64,000 nt of DNA, taken from NCBI GenBank assembly GCA_951406725.2, contig OX597842.1:17236001-17300000 (forward strand), given 5' to 3'. Below, piece by piece: positions 13,801 through 27,694 of this stretch; within the stretch, counting starts at the first letter, position 1, and each line of letters opens with the position of its first letter. The DNA is from Octopus vulgaris. Its lineage: Eukaryota. The position numbers were made by a program, and so were the translations under genes. The notes under the pieces are model-generated. The model was not told where the DNA came from and did no database searches. It was given only the letters and a program-made list of their open reading frames with translations.

Positions 13801-16800
13801 GATTTTTTTAACGGCTAAGAATTTAATTTCACTTTATAATTTGAAACTGACTTGTAAGTATGTATTTTATTTATCCTTATGTCATATTGTTATTTTTGAT
13901 ATTCTGGTTAATTACGATGTATTTAATGTTGTTTTCATAGGAGTGTTTATGTATATGAGATTGTGTGTGAGTTTTTAGTTGTATAATTTATTTATCTGTA
14001 TGAGTGTGGGTGTGTAAATATTGTTGTATATATCGAGTTTAGTGAGTATGTATATGCGTATATGTGAGGGAGTATATGTATCTGTTGTGTGTGTGTGTTT
14101 TGCGTGTGTGAGTGTTTGTGTGTGAATGTGTATATGGGTTTGTTATTTAGGTTTTGGGATGTATGTGTTAATTTGTCTGTGTGGGAGGGAGTGGGTTTTG
14201 GTGTATATTGAGGTTTATAAGTTAGTATAGGTATGTGTATAAGTCGTGGGTCTGTGGTTTAAGTGTGTGTATTTGTGTGTGAATGTTTAGGTTAGGGGGA
14301 TTGCTATATAGGTTTGTTATAGAGTTTAGCAAAGGGAGATTTTATCGTTATAGGTTTTAAGAGTTTTGGTTTATCATGGTTCTTTTAGGGAATTTGTGGT
14401 AATTTGTCTATTTTCGATGTTGGTTGTTTTATTACATTGTTTCATTCATAATGTTTGAGTGGTGTTCGTTTTGCCACGTGTATATTATTTTTAATTCCAT
14501 TTATTCCATTTCTCCATTCATTAATTTAGAGATGTTCGTTTCCAGAGCGGTTATATTTTTTATACATATGTTAAGTTCCTTGGTAAAGTAATTTTGTTTG
14601 GTGTATATGTTTAGGCTTATTTGTACTTGTGGGTGTGTGTGAGTGGGGTGGGTGTTTGTATTTGTTATGGGTGTGTGGTTTACGTGTGTGTTTTTGTGTG
14701 TGAATGTATAGGTTAAAGGGATTGCTATATAAGTATGTTATAGTGTTTAGTAAAGGGAGGTTTTATTATTTTCTGTTTTGTGAGTTTTAGCTTATCATGG
14801 TAGTTTTATAAAAGAATCCATTCATAATTTTTGTGTTTATTTGTATGTGTGGGGTTGAGTGGGTTTTGGAGTATATGTTGAGGTTTATATGTATGTATTG
14901 CTATGTGTAAGTGGTGTGGGTATTTGTATATGTCGTGGGTGTGTGGTTTACGTGTGTGTATTTGTGTGTGAATGTTTAGTTTAGGGGGATTGCTATATAG
15001 GTATGTTATAGAGTTTAGTAAAGGGAGATTTTATCATTATATGTTTTGTGAGTTTTGGTTTATCATGGTAGGTTTGTTAAGGAATTACTCTCACCCATCC
15101 GCACGGATGTGAATCTCCGGTGTATATGTTGAGGCTTATATGTAGCGCTGTGGAGGCGAACGTCGTTGAAATTGTGAATGAATGGGTGGAGTTGGGAATT
15201 GTAACCGGGTGGTGGACTAGCGTTGCTTGGAATTGTGAGTGGAATAGTGTAGTAGTGAGGTAGGCATCGAGAATAGGTTTGGGTTGCTGCAAGTTGTTTG
15301 TTAGAGCTGCTAAGGTGAGCTAAAGCTCATAAATGTATATAATGATTTTTCATGGTAGTTTTTTAAAGAATCCATTCATAATAAATTTTTTTAAGTAGTG
15401 TTGGTTTGCCACGTGGATATAGTTTTTAGTTCCATTTATTCTTTTTCTCCATTCATAATTTTAAATGACGTTTACTTTCCATGGCGCGTATTCTTTTTTT
15501 ACATAAGTTATTTCTATGGTAACGTAATTTTGGTTTGATTTTTTTAACGGCTAAGAATTTAATTTCACTTTATAATTTGAAACTGACTTGTAAGTATGTA
15601 TTTTATTTATCCTTATGTCATATTGTTATTTTTGATATTCTGGTTAATTACGATGTATTTAATGTTGTTTTCATAGGAGTGTTTATGTATATGAGATTGT
15701 GTGTGAGTTTTTAGTTGTATAATTTATTTATCTGTATGAGTGTGGGTGTGTAAATATTGTTGTATATATCGAGTTTAGTGAGTATGTATATGCGTATATG
15801 TGAGGGAGTATATGTATCTGTTGTGTGTGTGTGTTTTGCCTGTGTGTGTGTTTGTGTGTGAATGTGTATATGGGTTTGTTATTTAGGTTTTGGGATGTAT
15901 GTGTTAATTTGTCTGTGTGTGGAGGGAGTGGATTTTGGTGTATATTGAGGTTTATAAGTTAGTATAGGTATGTGTATAAGTCGTGGGTCTGTGGTTTACG
16001 TGTGTGTATTTGTGTGTGAATGTTTAGGTTAGGGGGATTGCTATATAGGTTTGTTATAGAGTTTAGCAAAGGGAGATTTTATCGTTATATGTTTTTAAGA
16101 GTTTTGGTTTATCATGGTTTTTTTTAGGGAATTCGTGGTAATTTGTCTATTTTCGATGTTGGTTGTTTTATTGCATTGTTTCATTCATAATTTTTTGAGT
16201 GGTGTTCGTTTTGCCACGTGAATATTATTTTTAATTCCATTTATTCCATTTCTCCATTCATTAATTTAGAGATGTTCGTTTCCGGAGCGGTTATACTTTT
16301 TATACATATGTTAAGTTCCTTGGTAAAGTAATTTTGTTTGGTGTATATGTTGAGGCTTATATGTACTTGTGGGTGTGTGTGAGTGGGGTGGGTGTTTGTA
16401 TTTGTTATGGGTGTTTGGTTTACGTGTGTGTTTTTGTGTGTGAATGTATAGGTTAAAGGGATTGCTATATAAGTATGTTATAGTGTTTAGTAAAGGGAGG
16501 TTTTATCATTTCTTTTTGTGAGTTTTAGCTTATCATGGTAGTTTTATAAAAGAATCCATTCATAATTTTTGTGTTTATTTGTCTGTGTGGGGTTGAGTGG
16601 GTTTTTGGAGTATATGTTGAGGTTTATATGTATGTATTGGTATGTGTAAGTGGTGTGGGTATTTGTATATGTCGTGGGTGTGTGGTTTACGTGTGTGTAT
16701 TTGTGTGTGAATGTTTAGGTTAGGGGGATTGCTATATAGGTATGTTATAGAGTTTAGTAAAGGGAGATTTTATCATTATATGTTTTTGTGAGTTTTGGTT

Positions 16801-17408
16801 TATCATGGTAGGTTTGTTAAGGAATTCGTAGTAATTTGTGTATATTTGCGATGTCTGTTGTTTTATTGCATTGTTTCATTCATAATTTTTAAGGAGTGTT
16901 CGTTTTACCAAGTGAATATAATTTTTAATTCCATTTATTCCATTTCTCCGTTCATAATTTTGAGTGATGTCCGTTTTCTAGAGCGTGAATGTGGGTTGTA
17001 TGTGTGTGTGTGTGGGAGTATGAATAAGTATTGTGTTGAAGTATTTAGCTATTTTATTTATTTATAGTTGCCTAGACGTTTTTATGTGAATGTATAGGGA
17101 TATATATATAGGTGTGTGGTTTAGTGTATGTAGTTAGATATGGTTATATATAATTAGGTATATGTGTATGGGTGTATATATAGTTTATTATTATATTATT
17201 ATTATTTTTTTGTTTTGTTTTATATTTTATATTTTATATTTAATTGTTGATAGGTTTATTTTAGTTTATATATTGTTTATATATTGATTATATATGGATT
17301 ATATATAGGTTATATATGGATTATATATTTATATTTTTTCATTCATACTTTAATTATTTTAAAATTATTATTTGTATATTTTAAAATATTGATATTTTAG
17401 ATTGAAGT

Positions 17409-17451
17409 CCACCTGAAGATTGTCGATCAAGACAAGAAACGATTGTAGTGG
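17409..17451 (+). ncRNA. Type I hammerhead ribozyme
   Basis: ccac CTGAAGA ttgtc-gatcaa-gacaa GAAA cgattg TA gtgg. Confidence 0.88.
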
Positions 17452-17628
17452 CGGTTTTTTTGACTATTTATTAAAATTTTATGTATTGATTAAGTCTTTC
17501 CTTGTTTGTTTTGCAAAAAAGTGGTTTTGTCTCTAATAATATTTTATAATATTTTACTATAAAATTAGATTTAATCCTAAATCTGATTTTTTTTCCCTGT
17601 AAATTTGGATTTATTCCCTAATATTTAT

Positions 17629-17747
<119 letters not shown>

Positions 17748-17912
17748 CATATTTATATATACCAATTAAGGACTGAACACGAAAAGTGGACAGTCAACAT
17801 GCTAGATATAGAGGTCAAATCGCCATTCTCCACAAAAGATTATGTTCTCAGATCAAACTCAACACAAAACCATAGCAATAAACAAGTGAAAATATACGAA
17901 ATAAATATTTAC

Positions 17913-17976
17913 CCATGTACTAATTAGTTTCGGCTGTTATTTTCCGCAAGGAAAAGTGCAGCCATCATTAGCATGG
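17913..17976 (-). ncRNA. Hammerhead copy with core mutation (CTAATGA), probably inactive
   Basis: Same as 18418-18481 except G5>A. Confidence 0.7.
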
Positions 17977-18417
17977 TCCGATATAAAATGCAATTTGCTG
18001 GACTAGATGCAAACACGATACCGAAATATCGCGTGCATGGAGTACAGCCTATTACATTTGAATATATATTTCAAATGCCTTTACTTTTGGCGCGATGAGA
18101 CCCGAGAAAACTAGCCTGCAGCTAATAATTAGCAGCAGTTAATTTATCGGTTAGAGAACATCTATTTATATAAAATTAATTTAGGGTAGAAATTGATATT
18201 TATCAATTAGAACCAGTGGTCTAGCATATTAAAAAAAGAATCCGAAGATTAAAATATTTCTATATACCAATTAAGGACTGAACACGAAAAGTGGACAGTC
18301 AACATGCTAGATATAGAGGTCAAATCGCCATTCTCCACAAAAGATTATGTTCTCAGATCAAACTCAACACAAAACCATAGCAATAAACAAGTGAAAATAT
18401 ACGAAATAAATATTTAC

Positions 18418-18481
18418 CCATGTACTAATTAGTTTCGGCTGTTATTTTCCGCAAGGAAAAGTGCAGCCATCATCAGCATGG
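18418..18481 (-). ncRNA. Type I hammerhead ribozyme (505-bp unit)
   Basis: Reverse complement of 18816-18879. Confidence 0.88.
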
Positions 18482-18815
18482 TCCGATATAAAATGCAATT
18501 TGCTGGACTAGATGCAAACACGATACCGAAATATCGCGTGCATGGAGTACAGCCTATTACATTTGAATATATATACTGGTTCTAATTGATAAATATCAAT
18601 TTCTACCCTAAATTAATTTTATATAAATAGATGTTCTCTAACCGATAAATTAACTGCTGTTAATTATTAGCTGCAGGCTAGTTTTCTCGGGTCTCATCGC
18701 GCCAAAAGTAAAGGCATTTGAAATATATATTCAAATGTAATAGGCTGTACTCCATGCACGCGATATTTCGGTATCGTGTTTGCATCTAGTCCAGCAAATT
18801 GCATTTTATATCGGA

Positions 18816-18879
18816 CCATGCTGATGATGGCTGCACTTTTCCTTGCGGAAAATAACAGCCGAAACTAATTAGTACATGG
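18816..18879 (+). ncRNA. Type I hammerhead ribozyme (505-bp unit)
   Basis: ccatg CTGATGA t ggctg..ttttcc-ttgc-ggaaaa..cagcc GAAA ctaattag TA catgg; ACTAATTAGT palindrome. Confidence 0.9.
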
Positions 18880-19120
18880 GTAAATATTTATTTCGTATAT
18901 TTTCACTTGTTTATTGCTATGGTTTTGTGTTGAGTTTGATCTGAGAACATAATCTTTTGTGGAGAATGGCGATTTGACCTCTATATCTAGCATGTTGACT
19001 GTCCACTTTTCGTGTTCAGTCCTTAATTGGTATATAGAAATATTTTAATCTTCGGATTCTTTTTTTAATATGCTAGACCACTAGTTCTAACTGATAAATA
19101 TCAATTTCTACCCTAAACTA

Positions 19121-19158
<38 letters not shown>

Positions 19159-20087
19159 TATATGTATTTACGTATATATATATAATATATACACACATTC
19201 ATACATACATGAATACATTCACACACATACATATAAACACACATACATACATATATACATACACATACATACACACATTCATACATACATGGAAGCATGC
19301 TGTGTTACAGGGCGTCGCTTCATCTCCCATTTCTAAGGGATTCCTTGGCGGACGACCCCTTTGTACAATTTAGGCGAGAACCTAAATTAGTTGTTTTTAC
19401 GAAACGCAGACGATACATTGGGTCTATTCATTGATATGCCAGTCCCCTCACAGCCCTGGGGCAACGTGAAATGCGGAACTTTGCTCAAGGATCACACACG
19501 CCATCCCGTCCAGGAATCGATCGCATGTTCATCGAATCGTGAGTGCAAATCCTGTCCCCTAAGCCACTCACATTCACTGATGAAAAAAATTATAAACGTT
19601 GGGATTATATTTTAAAATTCAATAAAACAATAATCATTTTCCCTGATTGTGAGTATCTTATCACTTCTGGATACTAATCGATACTAAGAACATAACTAGA
19701 TTATAATCAACGGGAAACATGTCTACTTAAGAGGAAAAAGAATGAAAATATACTTTCAACAAATAAATCACGGTTGACTACATATTGAATAGACTCAAGG
19801 ATGATTATCCCAATCAGCAGCCGGATATTATTAATTAATATTTCCCATTTATTCTTTCAAAGTGATTATGCCTCAGCGTTGTAAAGACTTCACGAAAATA
19901 TTTCTAGTTCGAACTTGTTACTTTTCTTAAATTAATGAGGCTTTTCATTTGTGATTATATCATGACGTGGCAGATGTATCATTTTAATGAGGATGTGCGT
20001 GTGTGGACGTGTACACGTGTGTGTGTATATATGCGTGTATATATATATATATACATAGGAAAAAAGCAACATGAATGTATCAATATA

Positions 20088-20172
20088 TCGGTACAATTGT
20101 TTCGTTCGAGGACATCTTTAATAAAGCTACAAAAATTGCAGTAAATATAGGTGGCTCATACTCATCAGCCGA
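20088..20172 (-). ncRNA. PLE hammerhead ribozyme (inverted arm)
   Basis: tcgg CTGATGA gtatgag..ctcgaac GAAA caattg TA ccga. Confidence 0.8.
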
Positions 20173-21549
20173 AAAAACATCCGAGATTCCCTTACATCAA
20201 AGGGGGTAATGTTACACTCGTGAAACATCATGGAAAGTTCTATAAAAATGAGAATTTAGATAACATATTGGTTTCTAAGAGTTCAATTAGTATTACACAG
20301 TCATATATCAGGTTATTAAAAAGTTTTTTCAAAACATCTTAGTTTTCCAGAAAGTGAATATAAAAGTGAGGGTGTGAGTTTATCCGTATTGAAAAAGTTT
20401 GATTCCTGGAGATCCGATGAGAGGTATCGAACTCACAGAATATGTGTTTGTCCATATATAGTTCATAGTAAATTGTTAATCAAGCTATGTGAAGAAAGTT
20501 TGGATATAATCGTGCGAAATTTCTGAAAACTGCTGCATTATAATCCGAGGGATAAGCGTAGCGACAGCCTTATAGTGGAGACGAACAGGCTGCTATCGAA
20601 ATCTACAAGAATCACAGAGCTAAAGGAAGAAAGTTGAATTTAACCAACTACTGCTATTAATTGCTATATAAAGAGGAAATGGGAAGATGAAAGGGAGGGT
20701 CAAAAGTTGTTACTATAAGAAAACATCTTAGCGTATTTGGTGCAAAATTCAAACGGAGGTCATTTAATTTATTTCTATATTTATTAATGTTACTATTAAT
20801 AGATTGTCAGGTTATGGGGATATAATAAGAGGTCAGAAGAAAAGAAAAGAAAATGGAGTTATTTTCTAATGAAACCGTACTATTATATTATATTATATTA
20901 TATTATAGGTTTGGGATTATCAGAATGAGTTATTAGTGTAAAAGACCTAAGAAGTTTAACTAACTAATTTCCTATAAGTAGGTTAAATTAAAATAGACTA
21001 AGAATTAGAGAAATAATTTAAATTATCTACATAGTCTAATAGAATGAAGAATTAAATCAAATAACTTAAATCAATAAGTATCACCTAGTACAGTTAGAGA
21101 GAGAATATAATCATAGCTAATTAGATCGTAGCTGTCTAATTAAATATATAATAAAATATGTAGGAGTAAAGTTTTATTCAAAGGGATTTTATATTAAGTG
21201 ATTTTAATATATATACTGTTATCAATTAAAACATCATTTAAAATATTTAAGAGTCTTAGTCCGAGCGTGGATACAAGATTTTCCCAGTTCAATCCTGCTG
21301 TTCAATAAAATATCATTATTTTTTCTATACATTAGTATTTCAAATGTTTCCATGGAGCAAAGTTGACAACCTACTCTGTTATTTTTATAGGGTATCGCTC
21401 TTCTAACTAATTCCCAATTAAGGTTATATTTGATATTATTGTTTTTTAGTTCCCAAATTTTACTAGAAAGAGTGGTGCTATCAGCTTTATGACGTAATCT
21501 GAAGGAGGATAGATGATTGCTAATTCTTTGCCGAAAATTTATGGTAAAT

Positions 21550-23943
21550 ATAGTAAATCTAGTAAATTTATCCTCGATAATGTTTTACCCCAAATAACCC
21601 CACTTCTTCCCTTAAGCCTATGGATAAATACCGATGAGGTACTTAATGGTTTAACTCCCTAACTAATACCAATAATCTAGTCTTCATTCAATTTGACATA
21701 AACAACTACTGCTCTAGCATTTCCCCTATTCTATTAAATAAATCGCTTATATTCGCGATGAATCGCTCCCTCATATCTAGAGAGGAAATATACATTGTAC
21801 TTTTAGCTAGAAAAACATTTATTGAGTTTGAGGGAAAATTATGGACCAGAGCGGATACCCCTAATAATTTCGATATTCCTATGGGCTCAAGTGTTTCTGC
21901 TGAGGTGACCAACTTAGTCGGAGCATATCTACTAAAATGCATAAGAAATGAGATCCCTGAATTGCAAGGTGGTTTATATAGAGATGATGCTTTGTTTGTT
22001 GTCCATAGTAATAATAAATCACACATAGAAAGAATCAAAAAGAAAATTAATAGGTTCTTTAAAGATTTCAACCTTAGCATAACCTATGAGCCAGGCATTA
22101 AAATAGCCAATTTTCTAGATATTACATTAGACCTTAACTCTAAACTACATTACCCATTAGAAAAGAAGGTGAAATCACTAGTTACGTAAGTAAATTATCT
22201 AATCATCCCCCAAATATAATTAATTCCTTAGTTAGAAATATTTCCATAAGAATATCCAAATTATCGTCTAATTTTGATATATTTAACTCACACTCAGAGC
22301 ATTATAATGAGGTGTTATTTAGAGCAGGATATAACAAAAAAATTACATTTATTGATATAGAAAACTTACAAACTCATAATAAGTTAAATAATTTAAATAA
22401 CAATAACCACGTAAACAACAAAAACGATCAAGCCGAAAAGATACGTAGAGGTAGATTTAATACAACATCTAATCGAAATGGTAATAAGAACAAGGATAAC
22501 TGCATAGACCATAACATGGATAGCCCTGATAAGACAATTTTAGATAAAATTAAGAAGCATACAATTAGTAACGTAGACAACAATAAGGATCAAGCCAGAA
22601 ATAATAGTAGAAGTAGATTTACAACGGCAAAATATCCTAATGAAATTAAGAATAACAATAAGAACATAGTACTGAACACATGTAATACGGTTAAAATAAA
22701 CTTTGATAACACTAAGAAACATGCAAATAATAAATACAAAGAATCTGATGATAGAAAGAACAATTCAAACAACCCCAACTCTAATTCTAAGAAATTTAAT
22801 AAGAAAGACATAATATGGCTAAACATCCCTTTTAACTGTGCGGTTTTATCAGATATTCAGAGTAAATTCAAAACAATTCTAGAAAAGAATTTCCCATCCT
22901 CTCATAGATATCATAAAATTATTTCTAAAAAAACAGTCAGAATTTCTTATTCAACCCTCCCAAATATGTCCACTTTAATAGCCAAGATCAATAATAATAA
23001 CATAAAACTAGCCAGGAAAAATTTAAACAATAGCAATAAAAATACAAATGAAAACTGTAATAACATTACTGAAAGTAATAATAGCAACAATGGTAATAAT
23101 GAATGTTATATAATAAGTATAACCAATAGCTATAGAATTGCTAATAATAATAATAACACAAATAGGAATAATTATATTAATAATACGAATTATACCAAGA
23201 ATGTAAGTACAGTAAATGAAGACAACAATGTTATCTGCAATAACACTACACATTTAGAAACCAATACCGACAACAAAACTAACAGCATCAACAATATTAA
23301 TAATGAAAGTAGGGTTATAGAACCAAATGATAGTGTAGGAATACCGATAAATGATAATACTACTTTAGATAATAACATTAACTACAATACTGATAACATT
23401 ATTTTAGATAACAGCAGTAACCAAAATTATGAAAAATATACTCGTACTGTCTCGAGTAACAGTAGTATGAGACTTCTATCCTCGAATTATTCCACATCAA
23501 ATTATAATTCCCCTAGATGTAACTGCAGGATTAAATCAAAATGCCCGGCGCCTGGTTTATGCGGGTTAAATAATATAATCTACAAATGCTCCATAACCAC
23601 AGATAATAACAAATTCACTTATTTAGGATGTACCGTAAATTTTAGAAAAAGAATTAGCAATCATCTATCCTCCTTCAGATTACGTCATAAAGCTGATAGC
23701 ACCACTCTTTCTAGTAAAATTTGGGAACTAAAAAACAATAATATCAAATATAACCTTAATTGGGAATTAGTTAGAAGAGCGATACCCTATAAACATAACA
23801 GAGTAGGTTGTCAACTTTGCTCCATGGAAACATTTGAAATACTAATGTATAGAAAAAATAATGATATTTTATTGAACAGCAGGATTGAACAGGGAAAATC
23901 TTGTATCCACGCTCGGACTAAGACTCTTAAATATTTTAAATGA
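21550..23943 (+). pseudogene. PLE reverse transcriptase-GIY-YIG ORF (frameshifted 5' part, open 22312-23943)
   Basis: QFDINNY, PMGSSVSAEVTNLVG, LYRDD, FLDI; IIWLNIPF; CNCR..CP..C; IIYKC..YLGCT..FRKR..NH; CQLC..E..LLN..CIH. Confidence 0.92.
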
Positions 23944-24413
23944 TGTTTTAATTGATAACAGTATATATTAAAATCACTTTATATAAAATCCCTTTGAATA
24001 AAACTTTACTCCTACATATTTTATTATATATTTAATTAGACAGCTACGATCTAATTAGCTATGATTATATTCTCTCTCTAACTGTACTAGGTGATACTTA
24101 TTGATTTAAGTTATTTGATTTAATTCTTCATTCTATTAGACTATGTAGATAATTTAAATTATTTCTCTCTAATACTTAGTCTATTTTAATTAAACCTACT
24201 TATAGGAAATTAGTTAGTTAAACTTCTTAGGTCTTTTACACTAATTTTAATTTAACCTACTTCTAGGAAATTAGTTAGTTAAACTTCTTAGGTCTTTTAC
24301 ACTAATAACTAATTCTGCTAATCCCAAACCTATAATATAATATAATATAATATAATATAATATAATATAATATAATATAATATAATATAATAGTACGGTT
24401 TCATTAGAAAATA

Positions 24414-25677
24414 CGAGGGGCGTTCAATAAGTAATGCCTCTGACCCACTTGCAGTTGTGCAATCATTTTTATCTCTATAGAGTAAGTGGCAAATTACAGC
24501 TCTGAACTAATTGTGGTTTCTGATTTACAGGTGTTTGAACCGAGTCAAGTGTGAAATGGAGCCTGTTAAGTGTCGAGCAGTAATCCGGTTTTTGTATTTG
24601 AAAGGACGCACACCACCGGAGACTTTTGATGAAATGAAAGTAACTTATGGTGATGATACCCCATCATATGACCTTGTAAAACGCTGGCATAGTGAATTCA
24701 AACATGGTCGGAACTCTGTGGAAACAGCTCCCAGATCTGGTCGACCCCTTCTGCCATTGATGAGGCATCTGTTCGTCAAGTTGAGGCTGCCATTTTGGAA
24801 GATCGACGCATAATTATTCGCCAAATAGCCCATGAGGTCAAGATTAGTACCGGGTCTGTGGAAACTATCATTCATGACCATTTGCATATGCAAAAGGTGT
24901 CTGCCAGATGGATTCCCAGGTTGCTCACGCCTTTCCAGAAGCAAGAGCGCGTCGAGTGCTCGAGGGTGAATTTGGAGATGTGCCAAGAAGATGAGTCAAA
25001 ATTTTTCAAAAGACTGATTACACAGGGTGAAACCTGAGTCCATCACGATGATCCAGAGACCAAAGCCCAGTCAATGCAGTGGAAGCACCGTGACTCACCC
25101 CCTCCAAAGAAGGCAAGGGTGCAGCCCTCCGCTGGCAAGGTCATGCTCACAGTCTTCTGGGACCAGGACGGAGTAGTGATGACAGATTTCCTGGCAAAGG
25201 GTACCACAATTGCAGGAGCCTATTATGCTTCACTTTTGAGGAAATTAAGAGAAGTTATCAAAATCAAGAGGCGGGGCAAGATCAGCAAAGGCATCCTCCT
25301 CCTGCAGGACAACGCTCCGGTCCACAACTCGCTTGTCGCCAGATCAGAAGCACAGGCGTATGGCTATGAACTCCTCCCCATCCCCCTACTTTCCTGACCT
25401 TGCACCCTCTGATTTTCACCTCTTCCCAATCATGAAGATGTTTTTGAAAGGAAAGCGTTTCCCAGATGATGCAGCCTTGATTTCTGAAGTCACGTTGAGG
25501 TTGGAGGACCAAGCTGGGTTCTTCTACAAAAACGGTCTCCAGAGCCGCATGAAACGATGGGAGAAATGCGTAACTCTGGGTGGTTCCTATGTAGAAAAAG
25601 ACTAATAACTGTGCCAAGTTTCGGTGCCTACTGCTATGGGAAGTGGGTCAGGGGCATTACTTATTGAACGCCCCTCC
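24414..25677 (+). mobile_element. Full-length inactivated mariner (DD34D-type) transposon; transposase 24556-25605 with frameshifts and a stop
   Basis: TIRs cgaggggcgttcaataagtaatgcc / ggcattacttattgaacgcccctcc; TA TSD; WIPRLL, QDNA, YFPDLAPSDFHLF. Confidence 0.95.
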
Positions 25678-26368
25678 TAACTCCATTTTCTTTCCTTTTC
25701 TTCTGACCTCTTATTATATCCCCATAACCTGACAATCTATTAATAGTAACATTAATAAATATAGAAATAAATTAAATGACCTCCGTTTGAATTTTGCACC
25801 AAATACGCTAAGATGTTTTCTTATAGTAACAACTTTTGACCCTCCCTTTCATCTTCCCATTTCCTCTTTATATAGCAACTAATAGCAGTAGTTGGTTAAA
25901 TTCAACTTTCTTCCTTTAGCTCTGTGATTCTTGTAGATTTCGATAGCAGCCTGTTCGTCTCCACTATAAGGCTGTCGCTACGCTTATCCCTCGGATTATA
26001 ATGCAGCAGTTTTCAGAAATTTCGCACGATTATATCCAAAATTTCTTCACATAGCTTGATTAATAATTTACTATGAACTATATATGGACAAACACATATT
26101 CTGTGAGTTCGATACCTCTCATCGGATCTCCAGGAATCAAACTTTTTTCAATACGGATAAACTCACACCCTCACTTTTATATTCACTTTCTGGAAAACTA
26201 AGATGTTTTGAAAAAACTTTTTAATAACCTGATATATGACTGTGTAATACTAATTGAACTCTTAGAAACCAATATGTTATCTAAATTCTCATTTTTATAG
26301 AACTTTCCATGATGTTTCACGAGTGTAACATTACCCCCTTAGATGTAAGGGAATCTCGGATGTTTTTT

Positions 26369-26453
26369 TCGGCTGATGAGTATGAGCCATCTATATTTAC
26401 TGCAATTTTTGTAGCTCTATTAAAGTTGTCCTCGTACGAAACAATTGTACCGA
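26369..26453 (+). ncRNA. PLE hammerhead ribozyme
   Basis: tcgg CTGATGA gtatgag..ctcgtac GAAA caattg TA ccga; ACAATTGT palindrome. Confidence 0.88.
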
Positions 26454-26865
26454 TATATTGATCCATTCTTGTTGCTTTTTTCCTATTTGTATGTATATAT
26501 ATATGTATGTATGTATATGTATGTATGTATATATGTATGTATATATGTATGTTTGTATCAATGTATGTATATGTATGTTTGTATGTATGGTTGTGTATGT
26601 ATGTATGTATGTATATATGTATATATGTATGTATGTATGTATATACGTATGTATGTATGTATATATGTATATATGTATGTATGTATGTACGTATATATAT
26701 ATATATATATATATGTACGTAAGTATGTATATATGTATGTATGTATGTACGTATATATATATATATATATATGTACGTAAGTATGTATATATGTATGTAT
26801 GTATGTATATATGTATGTTTGTATGTATTTATGTACTTACGTATGCATGTATGTATGGATGTATG

Positions 26866-27422
26866 TCAGGTGACTTGTAACATGGCTACTGGTAACATGG
26901 AATCCACTACAGCCTGTTGCATGGTCGGGTCATCGGCAACTAAACCGGCAACCCCACCAAGTTTGCTTGGTGAGGAGGGTGTTTATTGGATACCCAGCGG
27001 GATAAAAAACAAAACCCGTCAAAGGGCGGAGGAACTCTTGAGAGTCAACGGCCATCCGATAAATGTCTTAAGGCTATATCATGCGCGAGGACATAGAAAT
27101 AATCGGACTCAATACCCGATCGCGCGGTTAAACCATTGGGAGTGAAGGACTCCTAGCCTTTGTTAGGGCATCCTTCAAGGAAGCGGTAACTCAGGTAACT
27201 GGGATAGCTCCGACATAAAACCTGCGGCTCAGTGGTTACCGATGATGTTGACTTTTTCTTCATTTCGGATTATGGGTGCTGTTGCTTAGTGAGTGGGATT
27301 GACTCAGTGCACAGCCTTTCCTCACTTTAAAAAAAATCTTCTTGCACAGGTATTGCACGATAACAACATTGATTAAGCTTCGTGCAATGGCCATACTCGA
27401 TAACGAGGGGGCAGCCACCATG
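26866..27422 (+). mobile_element. Non-coding repeat embedded in (ATGT)n, resembling an RTE-type LINE 5' UTR; partial copy at 33552-33672
   Basis: GC-richer island; gggcatcc..gg..ggtaactc motif recalled from RTE 5' UTRs; second copy shares ggctactggtaacatg..cagcctgttgcatggtcggg. Confidence 0.4.
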
Positions 27423-27652
27423 TATGTATGTATGTATGTATGTATGTATGCATGTATATATGTATGTATGTATGTATATATATATGTATGTATGTATGTA
27501 TGTATATATATGTATGTATGTATATATATATATATGTATGCATGTATGTATATATAAGTATGTATGTATGTATATATATGTATGTATGTATGTATGTATA
27601 TATATGTATGTATGTATATATATGTATGTATGTATATATATGTATGTATGTG

Positions 27653-27684
<32 letters not shown>

Positions 27685-27694
27685 TGTATATATA

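Larger units (their letters stand above)
17756..19128. mobile_element. Retrozyme-like element: 505-bp HHR unit, ~1.6 copies (-) plus ~1.1 circularly permuted copy (+), in (TA)n
   Basis: accaattaaggactgaacac at 17761 and 18266; + copy has ~50-bp direct terminal repeats at 18575 and 19080. Confidence 0.88.
20055..26486 (+). mobile_element. 5'-truncated Penelope-like element with ~1.5-kb inverted pseudo-LTR (20055-21550) and a mariner insertion
   Basis: Left arm is the reverse complement of 23630-26486 minus the mariner; RT and GIY-YIG coding remnants lie inside; HHR in both arms. Confidence 0.92.

Noticed and set aside
11177-17067. Identical 90-aa ORFs at 11177 (-) and 16795 (+), and the ORFs at 13066/15077
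   Set aside because: Identity comes from the inverted and tandem duplications; no recognisable domain
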